This document shows, piece after piece, positions 5,926-15,852 of a stretch of 64,000 nt of DNA. The DNA is taken from positions 19,462-83,461 of the IMG/VR virus record IMGVR_UViG_3300036780_000171; one strand, 5' to 3'. Each line of letters begins with the position of its first letter. Positions within the stretch are counted from its first letter, which is position 1. The position numbers and the translations under genes are program-made. This DNA is from a virus. Below the pieces are notes generated by a model, which saw only the letters and a list, made by a program, of their open reading frames with translations, had not been told where the DNA came from and searched no databases.

Positions 5926-7326
5926 CTACATAAATACCACATCATTTGCCGTTACTGCTACAGTGTTACTAAATGTCATTGAAGCGGCATCGGCTATGTC
6001 AGGACTAGCAATACCACGTTTGCCAAGCTCTTCCTTTGGCTCAATTTTCACTCGGCTGGCGCTATCCGGCTTATAGTTAATTAAGCTAATCTGATAAAAT
6101 TCTTCGGTTTTAACAATTTTGCCGCCGCCCTTTACCCACTGGCCAAGTAACCAGTATGCTTCCGCGCGCAAGTTAGCATAGCTGTCTTTTTCGTATGCTG
6201 TAGTTCCGCCTTTGAATGTATTGACTACTATATTTCGTTCGGCCAAACGGTTGCCCACGCCATGACCCACGCCGCTATCGTCAACCGTAACGTCTGTGCT
6301 GGTTATCTCGTATTCTTTCATATAGCCTTCAATCCGGCCGACTTGTGCCATTAAATCAGGGTCACGGTTCTTTTCTAGCAAGCGCATATAATTGTCGTAA
6401 CGCAGCACAAACGTGGTGTAGTTACTTCCACCGGCCGCGATGTCAACACCTAAGCGCGGCCGACCCACGGGGCGCGGTATTTGTAGCTCGGCATCTTCGT
6501 ATGCTCTCTCAAGGTCACTATCCGTAACCAGCTTCCGCCAGCCCTGCTCATTAACTTCATCTTCTTCGGGGAATTGGCAAGCATAGAGAATATCGAAAAA
6601 GGCTTCATTTCGCATTTCCTCGATAAAGGCTTCGCTATAGCGATTTTCTCTAAGTGCCTGCACATAGTCGATAAAAATACGGAAATAGCGGCCATTGTTC
6701 CATGTCCGGTGGAAGTGATTGCGATAAAATGGGTTGCCAATTTTGAGCAAGAAGCTATCTTGCTGACCACCAAGCATACGCATAACCATGCTCTGTAGGT
6801 CATCTGGAATCAGCGCTGACTCGTCTTCTATAATATTTGGGCTACCAAAGCCAGTTAATGACTCTTTCACGCGTTGGCGGTTGCGAGAGTCGGCTGTAAA
6901 GGTACGTATGCCGCCGCCGCCTTTCCAAGTCACCTGTCGCTTATTTCTGGTACGACGCAATTTATCTAGCGGTTCGTTCGGGTCAAGCTCAAGCTGGCTA
7001 TAGAATTGTTCATGGTCGAATGAGTGCTGTATCACCTTTTCCATAATAATCTGCGACTTTGGTTCTGACCCCGTCACAATAGCAAACTGCTCATGAAAGG
7101 CTTGGCTACGCACGATTAAAGCCATCGCCACCGTTGAGCTTTTACCATACTGTGTGCTGGCAATAACCTGCACCCGTTGGTGGTCTTTTATAAATATGAC
7201 ATTAAAAATATCTGCCTGGCCGTCTGTTAATTCAAACGGTAAGCCTTTATCATCTCTAAAATAGCGTCTAACTATTTGCTTCGCTATTTCCCGATTCTGC
7301 TGTCTCGCTTGGCTCGTCGTCGGCAT
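5926..7326 (-). CDS. terL: Terminase large subunit
   Basis: Walker A-like ASTQYGKS, Walker B IIEDES, GNP motif, RNase H-like LGVDIAAGG and SPDIADA. Confidence 0.92.
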   Translation of the reverse strand: MPTTSQARQQNREIAKQIVRRYFRDDKGLPFELTDGQADIFNVIFIKDHQRVQVIASTQYGKSSTVAMALIVRSQAFHEQFAIVTGSEPKSQIIMEKVIQHSFDHEQFYSQLELDPNEPLDKLRRTRNKRQVTWKGGGGIRTFTADSRNRQRVKESLTGFGSPNIIEDESALIPDDLQSMVMRMLGGQQDSFLLKIGNPFYRNHFHRTWNNGRYFRIFIDYVQALRENRYSEAFIEEMRNEAFFDILYACQFPEEDEVNEQGWRKLVTDSDLERAYEDAELQIPRPVGRPRLGVDIAAGGSNYTTFVLRYDNYMRLLEKNRDPDLMAQVGRIEGYMKEYEITSTDVTVDDSGVGHGVGNRLAERNIVVNTFKGGTTAYEKDSYANLRAEAYWLLGQWVKGGGKIVKTEEFYQISLINYKPDSASRVKIEPKEELGKRGIASPDIADAASMTFSNTVAVTANDVVFM

Positions 7327-7711
7327 TTTCAAGGTTCTTTCTCATAAGATTGGCTAGTTCACGCAACTCGTCATCTTCTTTGGTTTTAATCTCGCCCTCG
7401 ACTTCAACCTTGGCTTTATTTGTAAAGTTTGGGTCTTTTTTCTCCAAGTACCATTTGGCCGTTGGTAAATCTTTCCCTGATGCAAGGGCTTCGGCCACTA
7501 TATCACGGCTGGTTTGGGCTAGAAAGTTTTTAGCTGCTTCCATTCTTTGGGAAAACTCAGGATATTTTTTCAGCCAATCATAATAGGTCGTTATATCTAT
7601 AACAGCGTAACGACAAGCTGCTTCGATTGAGCTATCACGCTGAAGCATAGCAACGAGTTTCCCAACGATTTCCTCGCTATAAATTGTTGGTCTACCTATT
7701 TTTTTTGCCAT
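7268..7711 (-). CDS. terS: Terminase small subunit
   Basis: GRPTIYS N-terminus, HTH (ACRYAVIDITTYYDWLKKYPEF), AKWYLEK; overlaps terL. Confidence 0.8.
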   Translation of the reverse strand: MAKKIGRPTIYSEEIVGKLVAMLQRDSSIEAACRYAVIDITTYYDWLKKYPEFSQRMEAAKNFLAQTSRDIVAEALASGKDLPTAKWYLEKKDPNFTNKAKVEVEGEIKTKEDDELRELANLMRKNLENADDEPSETAESGNSEANS

Positions 7712-7869
7712 ACTATTCTTTCGAAAGCTCGCCTGATATTTTGGCAGCCATTAGGCACCAAACGCAAGTCCAGCCTCGTTTATTCGTCTTAATATTTAAT
7801 GTGCGTACAAGCTTGGTGCCTGGACCTTGAATCGGGCAGTCATGTACTGGTGGTTTTTCGGCCATCTTT

Positions 7870-8319
7870 TTATCCTATACTCAATACTATATTCTCTGGC
7901 ATACAGTCGCACTTCCATAAATATCCGGTTACTTTTTTGGCAATACTATCATACTGTGGTTGCATTGGTTGACCACAGTTCAGACACTCATGTTTGGCTA
8001 AAAGCCGGGGATTCTCATATACATTGCCAAGCACCTCGTAATCTACCGTGGGTTCGTCAATATTGAAGCCAATGGCTTGTATCGTGCCAATAAACTTTGA
8101 GCCATATTTGACTTCGAAAATAGCTCGTCGGTCTGACTTATATGATACAATATCGCCTTCGTATATTGGTTTGCCAAATTTATCTTTGTAGCCGGTATAT
8201 TGCATAACATGGAAATTGTACTTAATGCCATACCGCAAGACATTCCAAGGTGTAGCATCAGGTGAAGCAAGCATTTCTCTACTGTCTTTATCCCAAGCCC
8301 GAAATTTAAACTCACGCAT
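7870..8319 (-). CDS. YopX family protein
   Basis: MREFKFRAWDK..MQYTGYKDKFGKPIYEGDIV..EVLGNVYENP. Confidence 0.9.
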   Translation of the reverse strand: MREFKFRAWDKDSREMLASPDATPWNVLRYGIKYNFHVMQYTGYKDKFGKPIYEGDIVSYKSDRRAIFEVKYGSKFIGTIQAIGFNIDEPTVDYEVLGNVYENPRLLAKHECLNCGQPMQPQYDSIAKKVTGYLWKCDCMPENIVLSIG

Positions 8320-8320
8320 C

Positions 8321-8911
8321 TTAATTCTCGTTGATTAACTCAAGCAATGCGGTTTCTTTGCTCTCATCAATAGCCAATAAATGCTGCATGACTCTATCGC
8401 CATCATCCTTGCCAAAGTGAAATACGATGGTCACACCATCACCGGCTACTTTACCGCTGCTATCATAGTTATCAAAGTCAAAGTTCGCAATTTCCTGCAG
8501 CTCTTCCAGTTCGGTTTCCGTGTAAGGCAATAGCACTTGGCCGGGGTACTCAATAAGCAATTTGTTTACCAGGTAGGCTTCTTCGACCCTATCGAATGGT
8601 ACTTGCTGCTGGTACCAGATAGTTAATTCACGGGCGCGTTTATCGTCAACCTTACCTTCATTGTAGATATTTATTTCTGTAAAGCCTAGCTCTTTTGCCG
8701 CAGTGTATCTTTGGGCACCATCAATAATTTCGTAAGAATCTTTTTCTAATTCTCTCACTAATATTATGCCTCTTAAACCATTAGTTTGAATACTTTTAAC
8801 TATCTTGTGGTATTCACTGGTGTCTGCTTTTTTCGGATTATACTCATTAGGTTTAACACTATTAATGTCAACCTTTAGTATCTTAGCTGGTTCGAAGTCT
8901 AGATTTGCCAT
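8321..8911 (-). CDS. ParB/Srx-like N-terminal domain protein
   Basis: PNEYNP..SIQTNG..YEIIDGAQR; such genes often lie beside dpdA. Confidence 0.8.
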   Translation of the reverse strand: MANLDFEPAKILKVDINSVKPNEYNPKKADTSEYHKIVKSIQTNGLRGIILVRELEKDSYEIIDGAQRYTAAKELGFTEINIYNEGKVDDKRARELTIWYQQQVPFDRVEEAYLVNKLLIEYPGQVLLPYTETELEELQEIANFDFDNYDSSGKVAGDGVTIVFHFGKDDGDRVMQHLLAIDESKETALLELINEN

Positions 8912-8966
8912 ATACTCTTATATTCTTGTTATGCCAGGTCGTATGGTTATTATTATACTGCTGTAG

Positions 8967-9713
8967 TTATGACCAATCAACCCCTCTCTTGCGCCATAGG
9001 TCTGTTACCTGGTGTTGTAATTTTATAAAATGTTGGGCTTCTTTGGCGAGTCTGATAGCATAAGGCGTTACCTTAGCATTGACAATAATTGCCCGTTTGT
9101 CTTTGAGCCGCTTGGTACTACCATACTTGCCCGGGCTTAACCAGGCGGTGCTATCCACGCTATAGTATGGGTAACGCTGCAGCATTGGCGCATTGGTCAT
9201 GCCAAGCCCGTGAACGCGTACATCGCCCCGTGTATGCGAAAAAACATAGTCCAAAAAGCTAGTTAGGACATCGCGATTGGTGTTTACTCCGGCCACACCG
9301 CCCACGGCCATGAGCGCATCGTTATCTGACATAGCCCGTTGTAGTACTTTATCGCGCAGCGAACTATCGCAGTAATCCGAGTAGTGGTATATGTCAATGA
9401 TTTTGGCTTTGGTTTGCGCTCGCAGCTGATTAAGATTTTTTTCCGTTTGGGTTGGGTCGCTGGTGTCGAGATTAAAGGCCAGCTTTACGTTGTAGCGATT
9501 TATATAGTCTATATATTGCTGGACAGGTATATTAATACCTTTGACGCGAGCGGTATAGCCGCCGCTATCAATAATCATTTGCTTAAAATCTGACTGTCGG
9601 GGATTCTTTTTATATCCCAATGACCATGCGGACTTTAAGCAGTAATCAGCGCCTTGTTGTTTGAGAATATCATGGAATAGCGGGGTTTCCGAGCCAGCAA
9701 AAAATAATTTCAT
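8967..9713 (-). CDS. dpdA: DpdA, TGT-like DNA 7-deazaguanine transglycosylase
   Basis: IIDSGGYT, VHGLGMT, YPYYSVDSTAW motifs; next to que genes. Confidence 0.85.
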   Translation of the reverse strand: MKLFFAGSETPLFHDILKQQGADYCLKSAWSLGYKKNPRQSDFKQMIIDSGGYTARVKGINIPVQQYIDYINRYNVKLAFNLDTSDPTQTEKNLNQLRAQTKAKIIDIYHYSDYCDSSLRDKVLQRAMSDNDALMAVGGVAGVNTNRDVLTSFLDYVFSHTRGDVRVHGLGMTNAPMLQRYPYYSVDSTAWLSPGKYGSTKRLKDKRAIIVNAKVTPYAIRLAKEAQHFIKLQHQVTDLWRKRGVDWS

Positions 9714-9973
9714 TGCTCATCAATTTCAATCGGCTTGCCATTAAATACGTAAATACCTTGGGCTATCATTTCGTTAAATAAATCGACCCTATCTTGCAAT
9801 ATGTGGTCGGATAGTAATTTATGCTCTGATTTGGTGGCTGCCCATTCTGAAAACTCGGCATTGGTCAAGCTATCTGCACCAACATAATAAGGCTGGCCAT
9901 TTTTAAACTTGACTAATTCAACATTATGTAAATTATCCAGCGTACACTGTTCCATGACTCGCAAGACTCTCAT
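9710..9973 (-). CDS. Hypothetical protein in the dpdA-que cluster
   Basis: ORF with 4-bp overlaps on both sides. Confidence 0.65.
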   Translation of the reverse strand: MRVLRVMEQCTLDNLHNVELVKFKNGQPYYVGADSLTNAEFSEWAATKSEHKLLSDHILQDRVDLFNEMIAQGIYVFNGKPIEIDEQ

Positions 9974-10944
9974 ATGGCACCTCTCATCTCAAACCAACGT
10001 TTTAGTAGCATCTTGGTACGGCCAATACGATAATCCCGTATATCCAGCTTGCTGGTCAATATGCTAGGGTCTGGCTCTTCCAGATGTGGTTCGTGAATAC
10101 CGTTATTTTCCATGGCTATAGCACGACTGACACAGGCATTGCAAGTACCGCAAGCTATCTCGGAATCACTATAACATGACGTTGAGAAATCGGTTAGCTC
10201 TTGGGCATCGAACTCCTGACCGTATTTGTGGATGAGCTGGCTTTTTGTCCACTTGCCAAACGGCGTATGCACTTTGACTTTTTGTGGTTCAAGCCCTTGA
10301 AATTTGCCGGTGGTAATAGACTTGAGCAGTTTGCTGGCGTGACGGTAAAAGGTGGGATTTTTATCAGGTGCCCATTCGGCAATCTGGCTTAGTACAATAT
10401 CAGGCGAATACGTGCTGGCAGCCATAAGAAAGTATAGATTACGATATGGAATATAGCCATTATCCATTTCATGCTGACCAAGTTGTAGGCTACGGTCAAT
10501 GGTAATGTCACCGTCAAACCGTTCACGTATTTTTCCAACGGCTGCCAGTTCTTTGTCTTGTGCTCTATGGCCTATGGCAAAGTATACGGCTTTTGGCTGG
10601 CCTAGTAACCGCCAAGTGGCAAAGCTATCCAATCCGCCCGATAATAGCATGACACTGTCTTCTGGTGGCTGCTCCACGCGTTTATGCTGATATGGTTCGT
10701 AAGCAAAGTTGTGGGTATACCTATCTTGTTCCATGTGTCGTTGCCAGGCTTCGCCAAGCGCTGGTGCAATGGCTGATGCCCTACTGACTGCCACATCGGT
10801 ATTATGGTGGTTGCGACATAAACGTTGCCAAGTCTCGATTTGCACGGCTTGGCCGAGTACAAACATATCAGGCAAGGTCGTTAATACCGCTTGCTCAAAA
10901 CCGGCTTCTTCGTATGTAGTCGCAAAATGTTCGTGGGTTTTCAT
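9970..10944 (-). CDS. queC: 7-cyano-7-deazaguanine synthase QueC with N-terminal extension
   Basis: LLSGGLDS PP-loop, YIPYRN, SCY..CGTCNAC zinc motif. Confidence 0.88.
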   Translation of the reverse strand: MKTHEHFATTYEEAGFEQAVLTTLPDMFVLGQAVQIETWQRLCRNHHNTDVAVSRASAIAPALGEAWQRHMEQDRYTHNFAYEPYQHKRVEQPPEDSVMLLSGGLDSFATWRLLGQPKAVYFAIGHRAQDKELAAVGKIRERFDGDITIDRSLQLGQHEMDNGYIPYRNLYFLMAASTYSPDIVLSQIAEWAPDKNPTFYRHASKLLKSITTGKFQGLEPQKVKVHTPFGKWTKSQLIHKYGQEFDAQELTDFSTSCYSDSEIACGTCNACVSRAIAMENNGIHEPHLEEPDPSILTSKLDIRDYRIGRTKMLLKRWFEMRGAI

Positions 10945-11055
10945 GTCTATTGGAATGACGTAAATATTGATGTAGCAGCGCCGACAAAAATAAGTGCAAA
11001 AAATAGAATAATGCCGACAATTAGCGCGGCAAATATTAAGTTATTTAGATTATAT

Positions 11056-12138
11056 TTAAGCTTTACCATTAATAAATGAAATCCATTCCTGGCGTGTAGC
11101 CAGCTGCTCCTTAAATGCCCCGAGTAAATGAGCTGTAGTGACTTCTTGACCATCTTGTTTGACCCCACGCATAACCATACAATAGTGCCTGCCCTTGATA
11201 GATACTGCTACTCCTTTTGGTTCTAGGTTACTATAAATTGCGTTTGCAAGATGAACAGTCAGCTGTTCCTGGAGAATAGGTTGACGACCGAGTAGTTCAG
11301 CTATCCTTGTAAACTTAGATAACCCCATAACTGACCCGTCAGGAATATATGCTAACGCAATGCTATAGTCAACTGGCAATAAATGATGCGGGCATAAACT
11401 ATAGACCTTTATATTTGTGAATACTATCATCTCATCATTGTCACAAGGGAATTTTGACTTGAAAATTGCTTCTATTTCTTGCTTGGCTTTTGGCTTGTTA
11501 CCTTCAAATAACTCCTGATACATTCTGGCAACCCGCAGCGGAGTTTCTTTAAAATCAGGTTCATCAAGGTTGACGCCTAGAGACTTAAGAATCTTCGCAA
11601 TGTAGTTCTCAACGGTAGCTAAACCAGCAAAGTGACCACTTGTTTTGCCGACTTCATTATGTATTTTTGAATGGTCTGGACGACATAAAATAATTAGGTT
11701 GGAAGTATCATTATTCCATTTCCTACCGTCAAGATGATGCACGATTAAGTCAAAGCCATCAACTGGTTCTCCACATCTTTGACAAAACTTACCACGTTCT
11801 TTAATAATAATTTTTTTGGCGATAATAAAAGAATCTTTGGTTAAGCTTTCTTTTATCTTTTCTATCTGTTCGGCCGTCTTTGGATATTTACCGCTTTTTT
11901 GTCTTAATTCTATTTGTTTCTGGTCTTGCATTTGTCTGGTAGCAAGCTCACTTTTTAGTTGTCTCAGCTTAGGGGTATATGATTTCTTAATAATATTGCT
12001 ATGGTCTTGATAGCGACAAGTAACCGAACAATAAATTCCTTTTTGCATACTAGGGTAATACTCAAACTTTTTGTCGCAAACTAGACAAGTTGCAGTTTTT
12101 TTGGCACCATTTTTGCTGCTTTGGTTATTTTTTACCAT
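11056..12138 (-). CDS. folE: GTP cyclohydrolase I (FolE) with N-terminal HNH endonuclease fusion
   Basis: C-terminal ETPLRVARMY, SLCPHHLLP, GLSKFTR, QEQLT, HYCMVMRGV; N-terminal CQRCG..VHHLDG..NN..NLIILC..H. Confidence 0.9.
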   Translation of the reverse strand: MVKNNQSSKNGAKKTATCLVCDKKFEYYPSMQKGIYCSVTCRYQDHSNIIKKSYTPKLRQLKSELATRQMQDQKQIELRQKSGKYPKTAEQIEKIKESLTKDSFIIAKKIIIKERGKFCQRCGEPVDGFDLIVHHLDGRKWNNDTSNLIILCRPDHSKIHNEVGKTSGHFAGLATVENYIAKILKSLGVNLDEPDFKETPLRVARMYQELFEGNKPKAKQEIEAIFKSKFPCDNDEMIVFTNIKVYSLCPHHLLPVDYSIALAYIPDGSVMGLSKFTRIAELLGRQPILQEQLTVHLANAIYSNLEPKGVAVSIKGRHYCMVMRGVKQDGQEVTTAHLLGAFKEQLATRQEWISFINGKA

Positions 12139-12176
12139 GTATTTATTATATATTACTAAAAAGATAAGTACAAACT

Positions 12177-12950
12177 CTATGTGCCTCTCACGTCTCCGAA
12201 TAGCGCGATATGCAGCCTGCCGGAGAGATTAAAGCCGTGCTCGATACAAAAGTCCACTAATTGGCGTTGACCCGACTGGATTTTTTCAGCCGTGCGGCCT
12301 TCGGGCATCAGAAAGACGCGCTGTGGCGGTATGTCATACTTGTCCACCAGGCTAAGCGCTTCTTCCAGGTCATGGTAGGTTGAGATAACAAACTTAAAGT
12401 CGGCTTGCGGCAACGCGACAAAGGCTTCCATGGCACGCGGTTTGTCGCGTTTCTTCGGGTAGTTGCCGGAATTTTCGAGCTTGGGGCTGACGTTAAATTG
12501 GCCAACCCTGGCCGCCAGCTCAGGTTTTGGGGCAATGGTGCCGTTGGTTTCAATCTCAGTGGCAAACGACGGGTCACGCTGCCACACTTTGTCTATAAGG
12601 TCGACTATGCGGCCTTGTTGGAGAAGCGGCTCGCCGCCAGTCACTATTAACCGGCGTGGGGCTTTGGCCACCACTATATCAGCTACGGCGTCGGTATCCA
12701 GGCTCATTTCTTCGGCCGCACGGCGGAATATGCGATTGTCGTCGTGTGGTGCGCTTTCGGCAGCGCTATTCTCAAACCGCCATGTTTCTGGCACATCGCA
12801 CCACGAACATGTCAAGTTGCAACCGCTCAAGCGCACGAACGTTGAAGGCTCGCCAGCGTGTCGACCTTCGCCCTGGATAGTATCGAATATCTGTGGTAGC
12901 TCCGAGCCGCTTTCCATACGCGAAAGCGTTAGGTCGACAACTTCGCTCAT
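12177..12950 (-). CDS. queE: 7-carboxy-7-deazaguanine synthase QueE (radical SAM)
   Basis: TIQGEG..FVRLSGCNLTCSWCD, TGGEPLLQ, ETNGT, VSPK. Confidence 0.93.
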   Translation of the reverse strand: MSEVVDLTLSRMESGSELPQIFDTIQGEGRHAGEPSTFVRLSGCNLTCSWCDVPETWRFENSAAESAPHDDNRIFRRAAEEMSLDTDAVADIVVAKAPRRLIVTGGEPLLQQGRIVDLIDKVWQRDPSFATEIETNGTIAPKPELAARVGQFNVSPKLENSGNYPKKRDKPRAMEAFVALPQADFKFVISTYHDLEEALSLVDKYDIPPQRVFLMPEGRTAEKIQSGQRQLVDFCIEHGFNLSGRLHIALFGDVRGT

Positions 12951-13108
12951 ACGAGTTCCTCGAAGATACCAAGTATTTCAGCCACGATAAGCAAAATGCC
13001 AGCCCATACCAGCCATGCTAGATGTAACGTTGTTACAACCCCGACAAGTGAGATACCTGCTAGGATTCGAATAAGCGACTTTGCCAGACTAATATTTTTA
13101 TGATTCAT
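12947..13108 (-). CDS. Small membrane protein (53 aa) between queD and queE
   Basis: Manual translation MNHKNISLAKSLIRILAGISLV...AEILGIFEELV*; overlaps both neighbours. Confidence 0.7.
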   Translation of the reverse strand: MNHKNISLAKSLIRILAGISLVGVVTTLHLAWLVWAGILLIVAEILGIFEELV

Positions 13109-13481
13109 AAGTAACCTCGGCATAGCTGGTATCGGTTTCGTATAGTTTTATATGGGTAACTTCAACTCTATCATTATTAATTCGCTCGCTAAACTCTTTA
13201 AAAAGCAACATGCTAATGTTTTCGGCCGATGTCTGTATGCCGAGACTTATATTCAAATCTTGATGGTCGTATTTTGGTTCCAGCTCTTTCCAGAATGCTT
13301 TGACAAGACCGAAATCTTCTACAAAACCTACCTTACTGACTTGTACATCTTGCCGTAAGCTTACGGTGACAAACAATTTGTAATTATGGCCATGTTGGTT
13401 CTTGCACTTGCCCTCGTAACCATTGCCGAGATGATGAGCTGCACTAAAACTAAATTCTTTGGTTATACTCTGTTTTAACAT
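13098..13481 (-). CDS. queD: 6-carboxytetrahydropterin synthase QueD
   Basis: FSAAHHL..CKNQHGHNY, DFG, DHQDLN, SAENI, LYET. Confidence 0.92.
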   Translation of the reverse strand: MLKQSITKEFSFSAAHHLGNGYEGKCKNQHGHNYKLFVTVSLRQDVQVSKVGFVEDFGLVKAFWKELEPKYDHQDLNISLGIQTSAENISMLLFKEFSERINNDRVEVTHIKLYETDTSYAEVTYES

Positions 13482-13511
13482 ATTATTTATCTCCCCCTTA
13501 TTATATTAAAT

Positions 13512-14036
13512 TTATGCACCAGCGTCAACTAGTTTTCCCTGTTTTATGTCTCGTAAATATTGCTCAAAGGCGGGATTACACAAGCAAGCTGGCGAGCGTT
13601 TTTCACGCAGGATTTTTATGGCTTCGTCGGCGCTTTTCCCGCTCAACATCAAGGCTCGTGCGGCCACCAGGCTGGAACGATTCAGCCCGGCTTGGCAGTG
13701 GACTAAAACCGGCGCGGTCTTACGACAAACATTGACCCAGGTGGCAATGGCATCGACTTCTTCGGTATTCTGTTCCAAGCTGTCATACATGGTGACCGAC
13801 ATGGCCGAACTAAGTTCATGTTTGATGGTGTAGTGTTCCCATGGATAGAGCGAAACGAGGTGCTTGATAAAAGTTGGTAAGACTAGCCCGTTCTCGCAGC
13901 CGCCTTGCCACAGGTTGTAACCTATCTGGCTTATGAAAGGCACGTCAAATGGGGTGTTACCATGGCGGGCGATACCGACCATGCGCTTGCTGGTCGGGTC
14001 GAACTTTATATCTATCTTGGTTGGGTCATTATTCAT
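13512..14036 (-). CDS. Dual-specificity/tyrosine phosphatase family protein
   Basis: VLVHCQAGLNRS (CX5R) motif. Confidence 0.88.
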   Translation of the reverse strand: MNNDPTKIDIKFDPTSKRMVGIARHGNTPFDVPFISQIGYNLWQGGCENGLVLPTFIKHLVSLYPWEHYTIKHELSSAMSVTMYDSLEQNTEEVDAIATWVNVCRKTAPVLVHCQAGLNRSSLVAARALMLSGKSADEAIKILREKRSPACLCNPAFEQYLRDIKQGKLVDAGA

Positions 14037-14437
14037 TGTTTCAACTTCTTCTCCAAGCGATATGTATAACCGGCTACGTTTAGGATAACCGGCACGTAAT
14101 CCTCGGCTTGCCCAAATGGACGGTCGTTATAATTGTAGCGATATAAAGCAAGCTCTAATAGTTGATAGGCTTCTATACCATTTACTTGAAAACCGCTGCC
14201 AGCTACTTCACCATCTTCGGTCATAAGGCCGTGTGCTGTGTATATAAACCCAAGTTTCTTAAATGGTTCAAGCAGTGTCTTTAGTTCGTTACGGTTCATG
14301 TTGGTGGCTTTCTCAAGGCTAGTATAGTTATGACAATACTCATGCTGGTATGACCACCATAGTGTCTCTGCCAAAGCTGCCGTCTTTTCGTTAAACTCTA
14401 GCACAACATGCACCAAGTCTTTTTTATCTTCTGTCAT
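14033..14437 (-). CDS. Hypothetical protein
   Basis: Tightly packed ORF in the - strand operon. Confidence 0.7.
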   Translation of the reverse strand: MTEDKKDLVHVVLEFNEKTAALAETLWWSYQHEYCHNYTSLEKATNMNRNELKTLLEPFKKLGFIYTAHGLMTEDGEVAGSGFQVNGIEAYQLLELALYRYNYNDRPFGQAEDYVPVILNVAGYTYRLEKKLKQ

Positions 14438-14742
14438 TTGAACTTCTTTATGGCATCTTTAGATTTCTTTGGATTTTTGACCGGCACAAACTCGTCGCCA
14501 ATGGTGGCAAATACCAACATCCGCCATTTATGGTTGACGGCTTGACGAGCTATTTTATGTGGTATTTTGGGATGACGGGTTTGGTGGAGACTAATCATAG
14601 TTTTGAAATAGTCATCGCGTTGTTGTAACGTGTATGGTCCAACTAAACGTTGTTCTGTCTTGCCATCTTCTCTGGTAATTTCAATATAATGCTCTGGCCG
14701 TGGCTGTACTAAGCGGTGGTCTGCCTTTTTATAGCTGCTCAT
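14434..14742 (-). CDS. Hypothetical protein
   Basis: 4-bp overlaps with neighbours. Confidence 0.65.
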   Translation of the reverse strand: MSSYKKADHRLVQPRPEHYIEITREDGKTEQRLVGPYTLQQRDDYFKTMISLHQTRHPKIPHKIARQAVNHKWRMLVFATIGDEFVPVKNPKKSKDAIKKFK

Positions 14743-15035
14743 TTTTTGCTACTTTCTTTCTCAATTAGCTTTTTAATAAGAAAACTCCATTCATCAGTTT
14801 TGAATTCTATATAATCTGAACTTGACATCGTGATACTTTTCAAACGTACAAGTAATTCGTCTTCGTATGGTGCTGGTATATATTCGGTAGCTATCTTGTA
14901 GCCATTTTGTGTCCGTTCAAACGGCCAAGTAGTCTCCCACTTACCGTCTATCTTGCACCAATAGTGTCTGGCTCTAATAAATGGGCACGTTTCGTAAAGT
15001 TTTTTTGATAGCTCAAAGTTTAGATTCATTGTCAT
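14739..15035 (-). CDS. Hypothetical protein
   Basis: Packed ORF. Confidence 0.6.
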   Translation of the reverse strand: MTMNLNFELSKKLYETCPFIRARHYWCKIDGKWETTWPFERTQNGYKIATEYIPAPYEDELLVRLKSITMSSSDYIEFKTDEWSFLIKKLIEKESSKK

Positions 15036-15420
15036 ATTCCATAACGTAATCTTTGGCTTGTTGCTTTGTCATGTATTCCCCGCTCCAATCACTATAAATT
15101 ACACCATCGCAAAGGTCTATAAGCTGACAAATAATTTTCTTTTGTTCGACAGTATCACGCTGTGTCATAGCAGATATGGAAGAACCGATATTGTTGTATT
15201 TTTCCATTAAAATTATTGCTTCGGGGTTTTCGGTAAAATCCCACCTTTTTAGCGTTCCCCATTTCAAAGCTAGTAAATCATGGCCGGTTTCGGGTTCAAA
15301 ATTTTCCAACTCATTACGAGCTTTTTCAATAGCGTTGTGAGCTTTGGCTGCCTCGTCAGTCGATAGTTTTTGGCCTTGATATTTTTTAATAAGTGCGTGC
15401 ATATAACCCCTTATCTGCAA
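15013..15420 (-). CDS. Hypothetical phage protein
   Basis: Packed ORF (LKWGTLKRW..QKKIICQLID..WSGEYM). Confidence 0.65.
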   Translation of the reverse strand: MQIRGYMHALIKKYQGQKLSTDEAAKAHNAIEKARNELENFEPETGHDLLALKWGTLKRWDFTENPEAIILMEKYNNIGSSISAMTQRDTVEQKKIICQLIDLCDGVIYSDWSGEYMTKQQAKDYVMEYDNESKL

Positions 15421-15850
15421 AATTTTTAATTTCCTGTAGTTCTATATCCATTGCTTGGCGAGCCAACTTCGGATTACGTTCAGCATTAGCCAGAACACCT
15501 TGATAGCCGGTTTCCATCATAAATCGAAAAACTGATTGAATATCCAAAATAATGCCGTAATAGGTGGCTGGCATAATAATATCTGCACCCTTTTCAGTAG
15601 CCCGCCAGGTTGGGTCAAGCGCATGTTCGCCGTCAGTTAGCCATGCGTGCAATATCCAATGCTTTTTGCTAGAAGGCTTGGCATAGCCTTCTACATACTT
15701 ATACTTTGGAAAACAGGCCATTGCTTGCATAATACAGGTATCGAAACATTGACCGACTTCGCCGCGTTGGATATCTTCTGGTAGTAATGCCGACTCATAG
15801 TATCTCGCGCCAAGTTGTTGCAATTGCTTAAATTCCCATTCGTCAGTCAT
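15386..15850 (-). CDS. Hypothetical protein, possible transglutaminase-like/Cys-protease fold
   Basis: GQCF..YVEGYA..ILHAW..DPTW pattern. Confidence 0.55.
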   Translation of the reverse strand: MTDEWEFKQLQQLGARYYESALLPEDIQRGEVGQCFDTCIMQAMACFPKYKYVEGYAKPSSKKHWILHAWLTDGEHALDPTWRATEKGADIIMPATYYGIILDIQSVFRFMMETGYQGVLANAERNPKLARQAMDIELQEIKNFADKGLYARTY

Positions 15851-15852
15851 GC

